Notes: generated by a model not told the origin, from the sequence alone. 64,000 bases of DNA from an uncultured cyanobacterium (GCA_963703315.1 OY969811.1:4320001-4384000), one strand, 5' to 3'; positions 19,223 to 30,026 are shown, counted from the first letter of the stretch. Numbers and translations: made by a program.

Positions 19223-20845
19223 TCAACGAATAATCTCAAATTTCTCAACTTCAAAGGATTCTATATCGTCAACTTCCGTGATATTAGATTCCAGTATGGG
19301 TGGCAATCGGAAAAACTGTACTCTTTCTAATAACTGACGTGCTAACATCCCCATTTTTCCAGATTGTTCGCGAGTAAATTGTGCCTGAGACGCGGAGCGC
19401 TCGGCGATCGCTTCAATATCTTGGATCGAGCTTAAGCTAAATTTGACTGCTTCCGCGATCGCTTTAGAAGAATCGGCTACGGAGATGCCAATTTCCGATA
19501 ATTCCTCGGTTACAGTTGCAATATTCGTAAATGACTGCTCAGAGCTATTCACACTATTGGTAAAGTCCGACACCAGACTATTCACATCGCGTACATCTTG
19601 ATCAATCCCCAATACGACCACATCCACAAATCCTGTCCGTTGTTGCAGCACAATTAGTCCTTGATTGGTTTGGGTTGCTAAGGTGTTTACCTGTGAGGCG
19701 ATCGCTTCAAATTCCCTTGCCACCGAGACAAATTGTTCAGGGTCACGTTGCTCTAAGGCGCGGGCGGCAACCATTGAGGCGTTGGTAGCTAGAACCTGAG
19801 TCAAGGATGCTAAACGTTTTTGATCTAATACAAATTGTTTGGCAAGTGCCACGAATTCCCCCAAGTTTTTAATTCTTTGTACCATCTGCACCGTCGCAGC
19901 TTGGAGCGACTCAATCGAAGCTGTCAGATAAATAATTTGCTCTTCCCCCTGTCTTACTGCCGATCTCACCCTTTGTACCGCTTTATTTGCGGCGATCGCC
20001 TGTTGGGCAGCGTCCTGTGCTAATTGGTTCACATCCTCAATTCCTAAACGGGCTTGCACCACTAACGCTTCCTGTTGTTCCGCATTTTGGGATACGGCGA
20101 TCGCTAACTGCTCTAGGCGATCGGTACGCAGCGTTACTTGCTTAGCGGTCTGTAAAACGGCAGCGAGTACTTCCGCTAGCTGTTCAGACAGACGATTGAG
20201 CGTATCGGCAATTAAACCTGTGGCATGGGGACTAACCTCCGCCTTTGACGTAAGGTCTCCTAGCTCAAGATCGGAAACCACATCCAGTAAATGGGAAATT
20301 TCATCTTGAAAAATATTGTTTTGAGCTTCTGCTTCAACTTGGGCTGTGGACTGATCTTGTTTGTTTTGAGCAAGATTGAAAGTCATTAGGTGAAACACTT
20401 CGGCTAACTTGCCAATCTCATCCTGAGCGCCAAGTTCCACCGTTGAGCTAAACTTCCCTTCAGCATATTCTCTGGCGATCGCTTCTAGTCCCTGAATTCT
20501 TTTGCTCAGGGTGCTACCAATAAATAAACCGAATAGGGAGCTGATCACAATCAAACTAAAACCTAAACCAAACACAAATAGGGTGGTATTCGCTAGTTGA
20601 TTTTGAGCCTCTTGGTTCACAATTGGGATGAGACTACTGTTTAAATACAAAGCTGCGATCGTAAAACCGATTAACGAGAGGAAACTCGTTGAACCAATGG
20701 CAAAGAGAATCTTGCTACTAATTGGTAAATTATTTAACCAACTACTTCGATTAGATGCACGTTTAGATATTGGGGCGGCAGCAACAGCCTTCCGTTTTCT
20801 TTTGGCATTAGTTTTTTTGCGTGAAGAGGGAGGTTTATTTGCCAT
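19223..20845 (-). CDS. Methyl-accepting chemotaxis protein (2 TM, HAMP, minimal periplasmic loop)
   Basis: Two TM helices, HAMP DEIGKLAEVF, signalling tip VLATNASMVAARA, QFFRLP. Confidence 0.88.
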   Translation of the reverse strand: MANKPPSSRKKTNAKRKRKAVAAAPISKRASNRSSWLNNLPISSKILFAIGSTSFLSLIGFTIAALYLNSSLIPIVNQEAQNQLANTTLFVFGLGFSLIVISSLFGLFIGSTLSKRIQGLEAIAREYAEGKFSSTVELGAQDEIGKLAEVFHLMTFNLAQNKQDQSTAQVEAEAQNNIFQDEISHLLDVVSDLELGDLTSKAEVSPHATGLIADTLNRLSEQLAEVLAAVLQTAKQVTLRTDRLEQLAIAVSQNAEQQEALVVQARLGIEDVNQLAQDAAQQAIAANKAVQRVRSAVRQGEEQIIYLTASIESLQAATVQMVQRIKNLGEFVALAKQFVLDQKRLASLTQVLATNASMVAARALEQRDPEQFVSVAREFEAIASQVNTLATQTNQGLIVLQQRTGFVDVVVLGIDQDVRDVNSLVSDFTNSVNSSEQSFTNIATVTEELSEIGISVADSSKAIAEAVKFSLSSIQDIEAIAERSASQAQFTREQSGKMGMLARQLLERVQFFRLPPILESNITEVDDIESFEVEKFEIIR

Positions 20846-20941
20846 AGTCTTTGCATATCAAATTATTTTACCTGCAATACTATCAACATACAGCTTCACG
20901 TTGCGCCCCTTGAGTATGCTTCGCAACAATGTGAAAAATAA

Positions 20942-21117
20942 TATAGCAAAGCAAGTTTTGCTTAGGACAAAAACCAGAAATGATTGGCGGCGCTTCGCGC
21001 CGCCAATCATTTCTGGTTTTTTGGTTTGTACTAGCTAATAGCAACAGGACATAAAACCCCAAAGATTAATAGCGGCGCTTTGCGCCGCTATTAATCTTTG
21101 GGGTTTTGATTTGTACT
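20942..21117. mobile_element. Two adjacent or nested MITE-like hairpin elements inside the che operon
   Basis: TATAGCAAAGCAAG...AAAAACCAGAAATGATTG-core-CAATCATTTCTGGTTTTT, then AAAACCCCAAAGATTAATA-core-TATTAATCTTTGGGGTTTT. Confidence 0.8.
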
Positions 21118-24100
21118 CAAGCATTAATTGAGCTATTTGGCTTAGGAGAATTAGTCTCGTTCTCTAAGGTGATATTTTGCTCAGGCTTTGGCTTGGGAGT
21201 TACCTTTGTAGGCTCTTCTATTTCTAGTGCGCCTGACAGAAAATCATCTATTTCCGCTCTCGCCAGATCGATTGAATCTGCATCCTCTTCATTAAGCTCA
21301 TCAAACTCATTAAAAGAATCAAAGTTAAACTCAGGAGCCTTATCATTATCCTCAAAGGTTAAAATCTCAGAATTAAAATTAGAAGGAGTGCTAGGCTCTG
21401 GCAAGTTTTCTTCCACAGATAGATCCGCGAGATCCGCAAACTCATCTTCAGAGTCATCAATGAGATTATCTAATAAATTATTAGCAAAGCCATAGCTATC
21501 GTCAGCAGAGATTTCCTCCATAGAAGATGAGTTGCCAATAGATAAATCAGGTAAGTTGGTAAAACTATCATTTACCTCCTCATTATCAGCGACTTCCGAA
21601 AGCCAATCATCAGGAAAGTCTAGCGAAATATCAGAATTAGATTCCGTAAGTTCTGAATTGAACTGATTAGGCTCAGATATGGTGAATTCCTCCGAATAGT
21701 TAGAATCTAAGGATTCCTCTAGAACTAGATCGTTTGCCATTGATTCAAATATTGCTGCCTCTTCTAAATCCAAAGTATTTATGGAAGTAGAAGCTTCAGC
21801 CAAGAACGGATCACTAAATTCACCTAACCCAGCACTAGTCTCTAGCCCTTCGGTAAATCCTGCGATCGCCTCTTGATCATTGGCTAGATCTAAGACGTTT
21901 TCTTCAAGGTTCGTGAATACAGCATTAGAGTCAAATGTAGGTTCTTCGTCAAAGCTCATACTGAAGGCAGAGTCATTGGGGTCACTCAATAATCCATCAA
22001 CGGAACCTATAGAATAGGCTTCAGATTGCAATTGATCATTTAAAGAATCTGATAGAGAACTAAAGTCATTGGATAGATCAAAGTTAAACTCTTCATCCAC
22101 TAAGGCATCGTCAGGCTCTACTATCGATGACAGATCTGGTAATTCAAAATCTCCACTAAAGCTATCTGGTAAATCAGAAATCTGAACTTGGGCGAAGTTA
22201 TCTAAAGAGTCAGCGATGTCAATATTATCAGTGGCGATCGCGTCAGGTTGCCAGATTGATTCTGAAACCTCGAAATCTTCTACATCTTGGTCAAACTCTG
22301 CATCTTGGTCAAACCCTGCATCTTGATCAAACAAGGAGGGAAAAGATGTGTTTGATTCTGCTTCTGATAGATTATCTAGGATTGGTGTTTCTGCCAATGC
22401 TTCTTGAGTTGCCGTCTCCAAAGCGATCGCTATTTCTGGAGTAAAAGCATCTTCATCTTGCAGATCTGGAGTAAAAGCATCTTCATCTTGCAGATCTACA
22501 GATTCATCTTGCAGATCCATAGAGTTAGCAAAGGCATCAGCAAAACTCTCGTCGTCGTCTTGAGTTTGCAAGTTTTCAAAGGGATCTGATAATTGCTCAA
22601 AAGTGTCGGACAGTTCAGACATCCCAGAGTCTAGCCCCTCCGATATCCATGCTGAATCAACAGCATCTACTTGCTCAAGCTGATTGTCTAGAGCATTATC
22701 TAGCTCATCTGCCTCACTAACATTAAACAAAGCCGAAATATCTGCATCTACATCTTCATCAGCTTCAGGCAGAATTGATGATTCTTGGAGGTTAGGCTCG
22801 GTGGCGATCGCATATTCTTGCTCATCGTATTGAATACTTGTGGAAATATCCAATTGGTTGCCTAAATCAACCAGTTCTTCACTCTCGGGAACAAAACTAG
22901 AGCTAAAGAAATTATCATCAGTTTCCGAATCTTCAGTTACATCGGATAAACCAGAGTCGCTAATCGATAAGTCGTCTAAATCAAAAGAGAACTCTTGTTC
23001 ATCATCCGTTAGATCCGTTAGATCCGTAGGTAATTCTGGGAACTGTGATTGTTCTGTGTCACTAACATTAAACAAAGCCGAAATATCTGCATCTACTTCT
23101 TCATTAGATTCAGGCAGGATTGATGACGCTTGGATGTTAGACTCAGTGGCGATCGCATATTCTTGCTCATCGTATTGAAGACTTGTGGAAACATCCAAAT
23201 CTGACAAGTTATTGTCTAAATCAAAAGAAAACTCTTGTCCGTCATCTAGATCTGTAGATAACTCTGGGAATTGCGATTCTGAGTCTAATTCAGGAATAAA
23301 GGCGTTGGGATCTGGTAGATCTATAGGAGTGTCAAAGTCATCAGCATAACTTGCAAACTCTGAGGCGATCGCATACTCTTGCTCATCATCTTGAATATAT
23401 GCAGGAATATCAAAGGGATTAGCGATGTCAATCAGTTCTTCACTCTCTTGAGCAGGATTAGACTCAAAGAAATTATCAGCTTCTACGAGATCCTCAGAAG
23501 AGTCGGTCAGTATGTTCTCTTCTGGCTCAAAACTAAAGTCTTCTGAGAACGAATCATCTAATGAATCTTCAAGATAAATATCAGGGATTTGAACTGGTAA
23601 ATCAACTAATTCTTCTTGAGTTTCAAGATTATCAGCTAGAAAGTCCTCTGGCTGATCCATAGCATATAATTCATCGACATTTTGACTAGAGAATTCATCT
23701 TCTTGGATTACTTGATCTAAGCCTTGAGCCAATCCTTGATCTAGAGAAATGGCTTCATCAAATGCTCTGTCAAATGGTGATTCATCAAAGGATGTGTTAA
23801 ATGTATCCGTAAAAGCTTCATTGGATGGATGCTCTAGAGAATCATCTAAGGATTCGTTAATTGTTTCGTTAGATCCATAGTTACTATAGTCATCAAATGC
23901 ATGAGAGATCGAGTCTTCCGAAAGACTATCGCCAAAATTTTCAGAACTAAATTCATCTATGGTATTTGCTGCAAATACATCATCTGTATAGCTATTATCT
24001 GGTGACTCTACGGCTTGCTCACTGTAAAAAGGATCAAATTCTGAGGTGATTTGATTAGACTCTGATGGCTCTAATGACTCAGCATCAAAGAATGAGTGAG

Positions 24101-27100
24101 AATCATCTAATGCAGATTCTATGTTGATATTCGGGATATGGAAATCATCATCTAGATCAGGAATTGAAAAGTCTACTGAAGTTGGTAAATTAGCATTGAT
24201 ATCATCTTCAGAAAGCGGTGATGCAACTGTATTAAACGTTGTATTTTCTAAGAATGAAGAAGTTGCTGAGACGATTAATGGATCGCTAGAGACTGCATCA
24301 ATGTCAGACTCGTTAACGCCTTCCATCGGATTTTTGAAGGTTGTCTCATCACTGTAGGCATTATCTTCAAGCGAAGATTCATCATAAACTTCTTGTTTAA
24401 GATCCGCAAGGAGTGATTCTTCAATTAAGGAAATATCTGTCAGATCAGAATACATTGTTGAAGGATGATTTTGGCTTGCAGCAACATTTTGAGTAATGAA
24501 GTTTTCTGGTGCAGCGATGAAATTTTGCTCTTCTGAGAATTCTGCTCCATTGGCTGCCATTAGATCAGGTTGTGTCTGATCCCTGTTGATGCCCTCGTCA
24601 ATGAGATTCTCAAGATATCTATTATCGAGAGCAGTGTTATCTACTTCTTCATTAGGTACTGTAGAGTCAGGGGTTGGTTGTTGTGAGAATGCAACCGCAG
24701 TTGCTGCTGCCGCTACGGCGATCGCTGGTACTGCCACACCTAGATTATTAATGCCATTACTATTTGATGCTGTCGTATCGACAAAGTTGTTAACAGATGT
24801 GGTGTGATCAACAAAGGATTCGGGCGCGACTCTGGCAGGACTCGCAACTCCAGATGGTAATCGGAAGAACTGAATTCCCTGTAGTAGTTGCTGAGCTTGA
24901 TTGCCCATTGCTTCAGCTTGTTGCCTTGCCGATCGCGTGAGGTCGGCAGTGCGATCGGCTAGCTGCGCGATTTCACTAATATAGCTAGCCGTTGATCCTG
25001 CGGCATCAGCGATTTCGGTACTAGATTCCGTAATTGTTTGTCCAATTTGTACAACTTCTTCAGTAGCAGTTTGAATGCTATTAAAGGCAGATTGTGAAGC
25101 CTCTACGCCCGATGTAAATCCTGAAACTAGTCCACTTAAGTTCTGAACTTCGGCATCGATCGCGGTTACGACGGTTTGGATTTGTGATGTGCGTTGTTGT
25201 AGCACCGTCAAGCCGTCATTGGTTTGAGTTGCTAAGTCATTTACTTGACCTGCGATCGATTCAAATTCACGAGCCACACTCGCAAATTGTTGTGGATCTT
25301 TCTGTTCTGCGGCACGCGCTGCGACAAGAGTGGCATTGAGCGCGAGAACTTGGGTTAAAGATGCGATTTGACCTTGATCTTGCACAAATTGCTCGGCTAA
25401 GCCCACAAATTCGCCTAAAGTCTTCATGCGTTGAACAATCTGGGCAGAGCCTGTCTGAAGCACAGTGATACTGTCAGTCAGAGTATTAATTGAGGTTTGT
25501 CCAGAGGCAACGGTGTCACGCACTTCTTGGAGGGATTGGTTCGCTACATTTACCTGTGCTGCCGATCGCTGGGCGATCGCAGCTACTTGTTCGGTCAGAG
25601 CTTGACCTTGGGCAACCGACTGAGCTTGTTCGGCGGTATTCTGCACTACAGTTTGCGCTAATGCTTCGAGATCAGACGCACCCTGTGCCACCTGTTGTGC
25701 TGTACCTAAAACGCTGGAGATAATCTCCACCAGTTTTTCCCGTAGGCGATTGAGAGTATCGGCGACTAGTCCTGTAGCGCGATCGTTTACCTGCGCCTCA
25801 ACGGTGAGATCCCCTTCTTCCATTGAGGAAACAACATCTAGCAGATCGCCGACTTCTGCTTCCATTAACTCCGATTCTGCAAAGTTTTGTTGAATCTGGG
25901 CGGCAGTTGAAGTGTTATCTGAAGCAGAGGTTTGGCTTAGCTCATTCCGTAAGCGAATCTCATTAGTTTTGACTTGCTGGAAAGTACTCTTTAAAGACAA
26001 ACCTAGATGCTCAATTTCATCTTTACCCGCAGCATTGACACCTGCATTTCCTTGCTGAGTTAAGAAACGATCGCATTCTTCGGTTAGGGGCTGGAGGCGT
26101 TTTTTGAGAGAGTTGACAAATCCTAGTACCGCGATCGCCAAAATAGCACTAATACCAACGGCGGCTCCACCAACTAAAATCAACAATTTGTTGGTGATTT
26201 CCGCTTCTGGCATATAGGCAGCGACTAGCCAATCACTACCCGCAATTTTGCGATATGCCCAGAGATTGCCTCCTGTTTGGGTGATACCTGTAGGTTGAGC
26301 TTTTGCTTGCTGCGCCAGACTAGTTAGAGATTCTGAATTTGGACTTTGATAGGCTTCCGCAGCCGAAATGATTTTGCCACTCGCATCGATAACGACAAAT
26401 CCAACTTTGATTTCACTAGCAGGGACAGGAGTGGCGGGTGCTAGGGACAGGAGACTATCGGAGATCGCATCCGCATTGACAATGCCGATGACCTTTTGAC
26501 CATCGCTAATAGGGGCGCTATAGGTGATGATGTTTTTACCCGAAGCACTATAGGGCTGTGACCAAGAGGCTTGCCCTTTAAGCGTTCCCTGATAAAATGG
26601 CGCTTTTTGAATGTCAGGGCGATCGCTCGCCAACAATTTGTCATAGGGTGCTGCTAACTTTTGTCCAGCGTTAGCAGGTTTTAAGCCAGATTGTTCTTTC
26701 CAAATATAGGGTGCAATCGGTTTTGGCACAGGAAACAGCAAGTTACCATTGGTAGTAATCCCCATCCCTGCAATCGGCTTAGAGCTTTCTAGCCCCTCAA
26801 TTACCAGTCTTTGATAAGGTTCGCTTCCCCGTGGCTTAGGCTGCTGTTGTGACAGGATTTTTGCCCCACTTGCCACACCATCGACAACCTGTTGTACATT
26901 TGTAAGCCGACCCTCAATCTGACGAGTCTGGGCTTCGGCAGAGCGATCAACTTCGCGCCGCGCACTACCGAGTAATTCCTGATAAAACAAATATCCTAAA
27001 CCACCCAAACCTACTAGCGATGTCCCAATGGCAATAAGTAGCAAACCTAATCCCATAGAACCTTTGGGCTTGTTTTGCTTGGGGGCACTGGGAGCTTTAG

Positions 27101-27173
27101 GCGATCGCTTAGAAGCTGCCTGATCGCCTTTGCCCACAGAAGTTGCTCGGTCTTTTTTAGATGTGCTTGCCAT
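21117..27173 (-). CDS. Giant MCP (TM-Cache-like-TM-HAMP-MA) with ~1,240-aa acidic C-terminal tail
   Basis: Cache-like WSQPY...ITYSAPI; tip VLALNATLVAARA; QFFRLP followed by a D/E/S-rich low-complexity repeat tail; single uninterrupted ORF. Confidence 0.85.
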   Translation of the reverse strand: MASTSKKDRATSVGKGDQAASKRSPKAPSAPKQNKPKGSMGLGLLLIAIGTSLVGLGGLGYLFYQELLGSARREVDRSAEAQTRQIEGRLTNVQQVVDGVASGAKILSQQQPKPRGSEPYQRLVIEGLESSKPIAGMGITTNGNLLFPVPKPIAPYIWKEQSGLKPANAGQKLAAPYDKLLASDRPDIQKAPFYQGTLKGQASWSQPYSASGKNIITYSAPISDGQKVIGIVNADAISDSLLSLAPATPVPASEIKVGFVVIDASGKIISAAEAYQSPNSESLTSLAQQAKAQPTGITQTGGNLWAYRKIAGSDWLVAAYMPEAEITNKLLILVGGAAVGISAILAIAVLGFVNSLKKRLQPLTEECDRFLTQQGNAGVNAAGKDEIEHLGLSLKSTFQQVKTNEIRLRNELSQTSASDNTSTAAQIQQNFAESELMEAEVGDLLDVVSSMEEGDLTVEAQVNDRATGLVADTLNRLREKLVEIISSVLGTAQQVAQGASDLEALAQTVVQNTAEQAQSVAQGQALTEQVAAIAQRSAAQVNVANQSLQEVRDTVASGQTSINTLTDSITVLQTGSAQIVQRMKTLGEFVGLAEQFVQDQGQIASLTQVLALNATLVAARAAEQKDPQQFASVAREFESIAGQVNDLATQTNDGLTVLQQRTSQIQTVVTAIDAEVQNLSGLVSGFTSGVEASQSAFNSIQTATEEVVQIGQTITESSTEIADAAGSTASYISEIAQLADRTADLTRSARQQAEAMGNQAQQLLQGIQFFRLPSGVASPARVAPESFVDHTTSVNNFVDTTASNSNGINNLGVAVPAIAVAAAATAVAFSQQPTPDSTVPNEEVDNTALDNRYLENLIDEGINRDQTQPDLMAANGAEFSEEQNFIAAPENFITQNVAASQNHPSTMYSDLTDISLIEESLLADLKQEVYDESSLEDNAYSDETTFKNPMEGVNESDIDAVSSDPLIVSATSSFLENTTFNTVASPLSEDDINANLPTSVDFSIPDLDDDFHIPNINIESALDDSHSFFDAESLEPSESNQITSEFDPFYSEQAVESPDNSYTDDVFAANTIDEFSSENFGDSLSEDSISHAFDDYSNYGSNETINESLDDSLEHPSNEAFTDTFNTSFDESPFDRAFDEAISLDQGLAQGLDQVIQEDEFSSQNVDELYAMDQPEDFLADNLETQEELVDLPVQIPDIYLEDSLDDSFSEDFSFEPEENILTDSSEDLVEADNFFESNPAQESEELIDIANPFDIPAYIQDDEQEYAIASEFASYADDFDTPIDLPDPNAFIPELDSESQFPELSTDLDDGQEFSFDLDNNLSDLDVSTSLQYDEQEYAIATESNIQASSILPESNEEVDADISALFNVSDTEQSQFPELPTDLTDLTDDEQEFSFDLDDLSISDSGLSDVTEDSETDDNFFSSSFVPESEELVDLGNQLDISTSIQYDEQEYAIATEPNLQESSILPEADEDVDADISALFNVSEADELDNALDNQLEQVDAVDSAWISEGLDSGMSELSDTFEQLSDPFENLQTQDDDESFADAFANSMDLQDESVDLQDEDAFTPDLQDEDAFTPEIAIALETATQEALAETPILDNLSEAESNTSFPSLFDQDAGFDQDAEFDQDVEDFEVSESIWQPDAIATDNIDIADSLDNFAQVQISDLPDSFSGDFELPDLSSIVEPDDALVDEEFNFDLSNDFSSLSDSLNDQLQSEAYSIGSVDGLLSDPNDSAFSMSFDEEPTFDSNAVFTNLEENVLDLANDQEAIAGFTEGLETSAGLGEFSDPFLAEASTSINTLDLEEAAIFESMANDLVLEESLDSNYSEEFTISEPNQFNSELTESNSDISLDFPDDWLSEVADNEEVNDSFTNLPDLSIGNSSSMEEISADDSYGFANNLLDNLIDDSEDEFADLADLSVEENLPEPSTPSNFNSEILTFEDNDKAPEFNFDSFNEFDELNEEDADSIDLARAEIDDFLSGALEIEEPTKVTPKPKPEQNITLENETNSPKPNSSINA
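22714..23198. repeat. 140-bp internal duplication in the MCP tail (22714-22853 and 23059-23198)
   Basis: Both copies encode Q-Y-DEQEYAIATE...ILPE...VDADISALFNVS; a third DEQEYAIA copy lies near 23365-23395. Confidence 0.85.
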
Positions 27174-27324
27174 ATGCATTCGCTATAGGGAAAGGATCGG
27201 ATATTTTTGTGAGAGCTATCCTACACTATACCTGACCCATTCATTAAGCCCCATAGATAGATCTTCTGTAGATATCGCAAGGATTCGCTTAATGATTTGC
27301 GGCTGCCTTACTAGTTGACTAGCA

Positions 27325-27918
27325 TTAGCTAGAAAGTTGCCAACGTTGTGGTTGCCAAATATGGGTAGGAATACTGGATAAGATAATTTCAATGGGAGTA
27401 TACTCGTTCTCCTTAATATTCGCTACTGTTTGATTTATTTTTATTGTCGAGTTTGCGGCGGCGATCGCAGGAGATGGGAGATTGGATCTCCCTGATGAGC
27501 GCCCTGACAAACCGAGATCCAATTCTTGATACTCATCGATGGTCAGACTGCCAGCCACGCGATCGACAATGATCCCCACCCCACCAAGCTGTGTGTTGCT
27601 CAACTCATCAGCAATCTTACTCAGCCGCACCACAGTTAAAGATTCTGTGATTAAGGTGCGTTGCTCGCCTATTAATAGTCTTAACAACAGCAAAGGCATA
27701 ATACTCGCCTGATGATGCGTTACACCAATGATTGCAGCTTCGTAAAATGGTAAAGCCAGAATTGAGTTGCGCTCCAGAATGATAATTTCGGAAACCAATA
27801 CATCAGGAAAAGTAATTGAGCGATCGCCAACTTTTGCCAAAATATATCGGTTACTAGGCGCAATTAGCTGACTAGTTTTTTGGGGTTGACTGGCTTGGCT
27901 GATCTCCGAAATACTCAT
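27325..27918 (-). CDS. cheW: CheW-like adaptor
   Basis: VSEII...LPFYEAAIIGV...GIIVDRV; position within the operon. Confidence 0.8.
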   Translation of the reverse strand: MSISEISQASQPQKTSQLIAPSNRYILAKVGDRSITFPDVLVSEIIILERNSILALPFYEAAIIGVTHHQASIMPLLLLRLLIGEQRTLITESLTVVRLSKIADELSNTQLGGVGIIVDRVAGSLTIDEYQELDLGLSGRSSGRSNLPSPAIAAANSTIKINQTVANIKENEYTPIEIILSSIPTHIWQPQRWQLSS

Positions 27919-28292
27919 TTCACCTGTTGTGGTAGTTTTTGCAATACCTCGGACAAGGACTCACGGCTGACAGGTTTTGGCAAGTAGTCGTTAGCTTTGG
28001 CACGTCTTAAACCGTAGTCAATTTCCAGTTTGGTACTTTTAGTAGAGCAGAGAATCACATATTGGTCAGCAATCTGACGATGCGATCGCACCTCGCGGAG
28101 AAATCTATAACCATCTTGATCTGGCAGGACGATATCTAAAAATACAGCAGCGTAGTGATTACTAGTAATTTTCTCTAAAGCACCAATAGTTGATTCACAG
28201 ACATCGACAATATGTCCGAGATCTTGCAAGAAAGAACTTAGTAAGTGCCTTTGAGTTGCAGAATCATCAATTATTAAAAAACGTTCACTCAT
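27915..28292 (-). CDS. cheY: CheY-like response regulator
   Basis: IIDDS, FLDIVLP.DG, YLPKP. Confidence 0.9.
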   Translation of the reverse strand: MSERFLIIDDSATQRHLLSSFLQDLGHIVDVCESTIGALEKITSNHYAAVFLDIVLPDQDGYRFLREVRSHRQIADQYVILCSTKSTKLEIDYGLRRAKANDYLPKPVSRESLSEVLQKLPQQVK

Positions 28293-28480
28293 AATTTTAA
28301 TGTGCAACTTTAAATAGTTATTTGGCAGTGATTGGAATGCAACGACTTAAGTATAAAAATATCTATTTAGCTTTATACCGTAAGCATATTCTGGATTTTG
28401 ATTTGGTTCTAATATGACTGGTTATATCAGCAACGTGATTAGCAAAAAGATGATTTCTAGCAAATAGATGGATCGAAATT

Positions 28481-29698
28481 TTAGACTAGCCTATCGGTCG
28501 ATAAAGGTGCAAGCTCTCTCAACAAGTTACGCAATTCCTCGCGGAATTTTGGTGAATCCGATGCTGAGCGTGGCTTCGCGAGAAATCGACTATTTGCCCA
28601 TCTTGCCCGAAAGTTATTCGTCATACTGTTTTCAGCAGTAACTAATACTAGAGATAGCGAAGATAGCTCTCGCTGACGACGGATTTGTTTAATTAGATCA
28701 AAGCCATTAAGACTTGGCATATTGATGTCAATAAATACAATCGTTGGTTTGTAGTTTAAGATTTTTTCAGTTGCTAGTTCAGCATTATCTGTAGAGTCAA
28801 CTTGATAGCCCCAACTAGTCAATAAACGTTGCATTTGTTGCAATAAAACAGGCGAATCATCAACGATAAAAACCTTAGGCTCGTCCTTAGAAATTTTTGG
28901 TGCGGTTATTTGAGAGCGATTGCCAATATCACTATCTGACTTGCGTTCTGGTAGTGGCACAATTGATACGATATCTTTTTGCGCTAATTTATCTAACAAT
29001 AAGGCAGTGCGATAAATTGGTTGTTTAAATGTATCAGCGATCGCGCAAATCCGATCTTGCCCCGTAGTGACCTTTGCAAACAGTGGAAAGTTATCATTAC
29101 CAACCCTAGCTAACAAATTTGCGGCATCAATGAGCTGGACTAATTGATAAGGATGTTTGATGCGTTCAAATTTTTGCCATTGGCGCACTTCGTTGGCGAT
29201 CGTACTTTCCAATGCAGATAGCTGCCAAACTGGCAGATTAATTTGTAAGTCATTAGCTGGCTTCCAGACAAAAGAAAAACCATCTTCTAAATGCAATGCT
29301 AACAAGTTTTCTAAGATAATTTCCTTGAGAACATCTTTAGTAATATCAGGATATTTCTTGTAAACATTACTCACAAACGGATAGCAGTAAGGTCGATTGG
29401 TTTGGCGTTGTTCCCACTCAGGAATGCGGGAAAAACTGACACCTTTATTAATATATTTGCGAACCAATGTTGGTATTACTTGACCTTCTTCTTCTGCTAA
29501 TACTAATCCTCCACCCGTAAGTAATAATTTCCACCGATGATATTTAGTCTCTACGCGGATCACTCCTGTAGATCGACTCATGACGCGCATAGCTGCTAAC
29601 AGGATATGTAATGTGGCATTCCTCACTACCTGTCCGTCCGTCAAGTTGTTAGACACAAGGTCTGATGAATTAGGCAAGGAACCTGTCATAGCAAGCAT
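28481..29698 (-). CDS. PatA-family response regulator (PATAN + REC)
   Basis: C-terminal REC IVDDS/FIDINMP/LAKP; first gene of the che-like operon. Confidence 0.85.
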   Translation of the reverse strand: MLAMTGSLPNSSDLVSNNLTDGQVVRNATLHILLAAMRVMSRSTGVIRVETKYHRWKLLLTGGGLVLAEEEGQVIPTLVRKYINKGVSFSRIPEWEQRQTNRPYCYPFVSNVYKKYPDITKDVLKEIILENLLALHLEDGFSFVWKPANDLQINLPVWQLSALESTIANEVRQWQKFERIKHPYQLVQLIDAANLLARVGNDNFPLFAKVTTGQDRICAIADTFKQPIYRTALLLDKLAQKDIVSIVPLPERKSDSDIGNRSQITAPKISKDEPKVFIVDDSPVLLQQMQRLLTSWGYQVDSTDNAELATEKILNYKPTIVFIDINMPSLNGFDLIKQIRRQRELSSLSLVLVTAENSMTNNFRARWANSRFLAKPRSASDSPKFREELRNLLRELAPLSTDRLV

Positions 29699-29907
29699 GG
29701 TTTTTGACTGGGAAGCACTTGGACAGCAAAAGTATTACAAAAAAACGGATCGCTCCAGATTAGATCGTAGCAACCTGAGACAAACTAGATTGGTTATCTA
29801 AGATACATTGCTTTAAATTTAACCTAGAAATCTCCTTGCACCTACAATAGGTCAGCAAAATAGCTGAGTAAATGGCGGCGCAAATCGCCTTCACTCATTT
29901 CTTTAGT

Positions 29908-29996
29908 TACAGCGCTTTGCGTTTTTCTGAAGTATGGGATTGTTTCCCCGCCTTCGGCGGGGAAACAATCCCATACTTCAGCGCTTTGCGCTATAT
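29908..29996. mobile_element. MITE-like element with AGCGCTTTGCG ends and a 55-bp internal hairpin
   Basis: CTGAAGTATGGGATTGTTTCCCCGCC ttc GGCGGGGAAACAATCCCATACTTCAG (29927-29981). Confidence 0.65.
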
Positions 29997-30026
29997 AACT
30001 AGTAAGACTATAAGAATTTATTTTTG

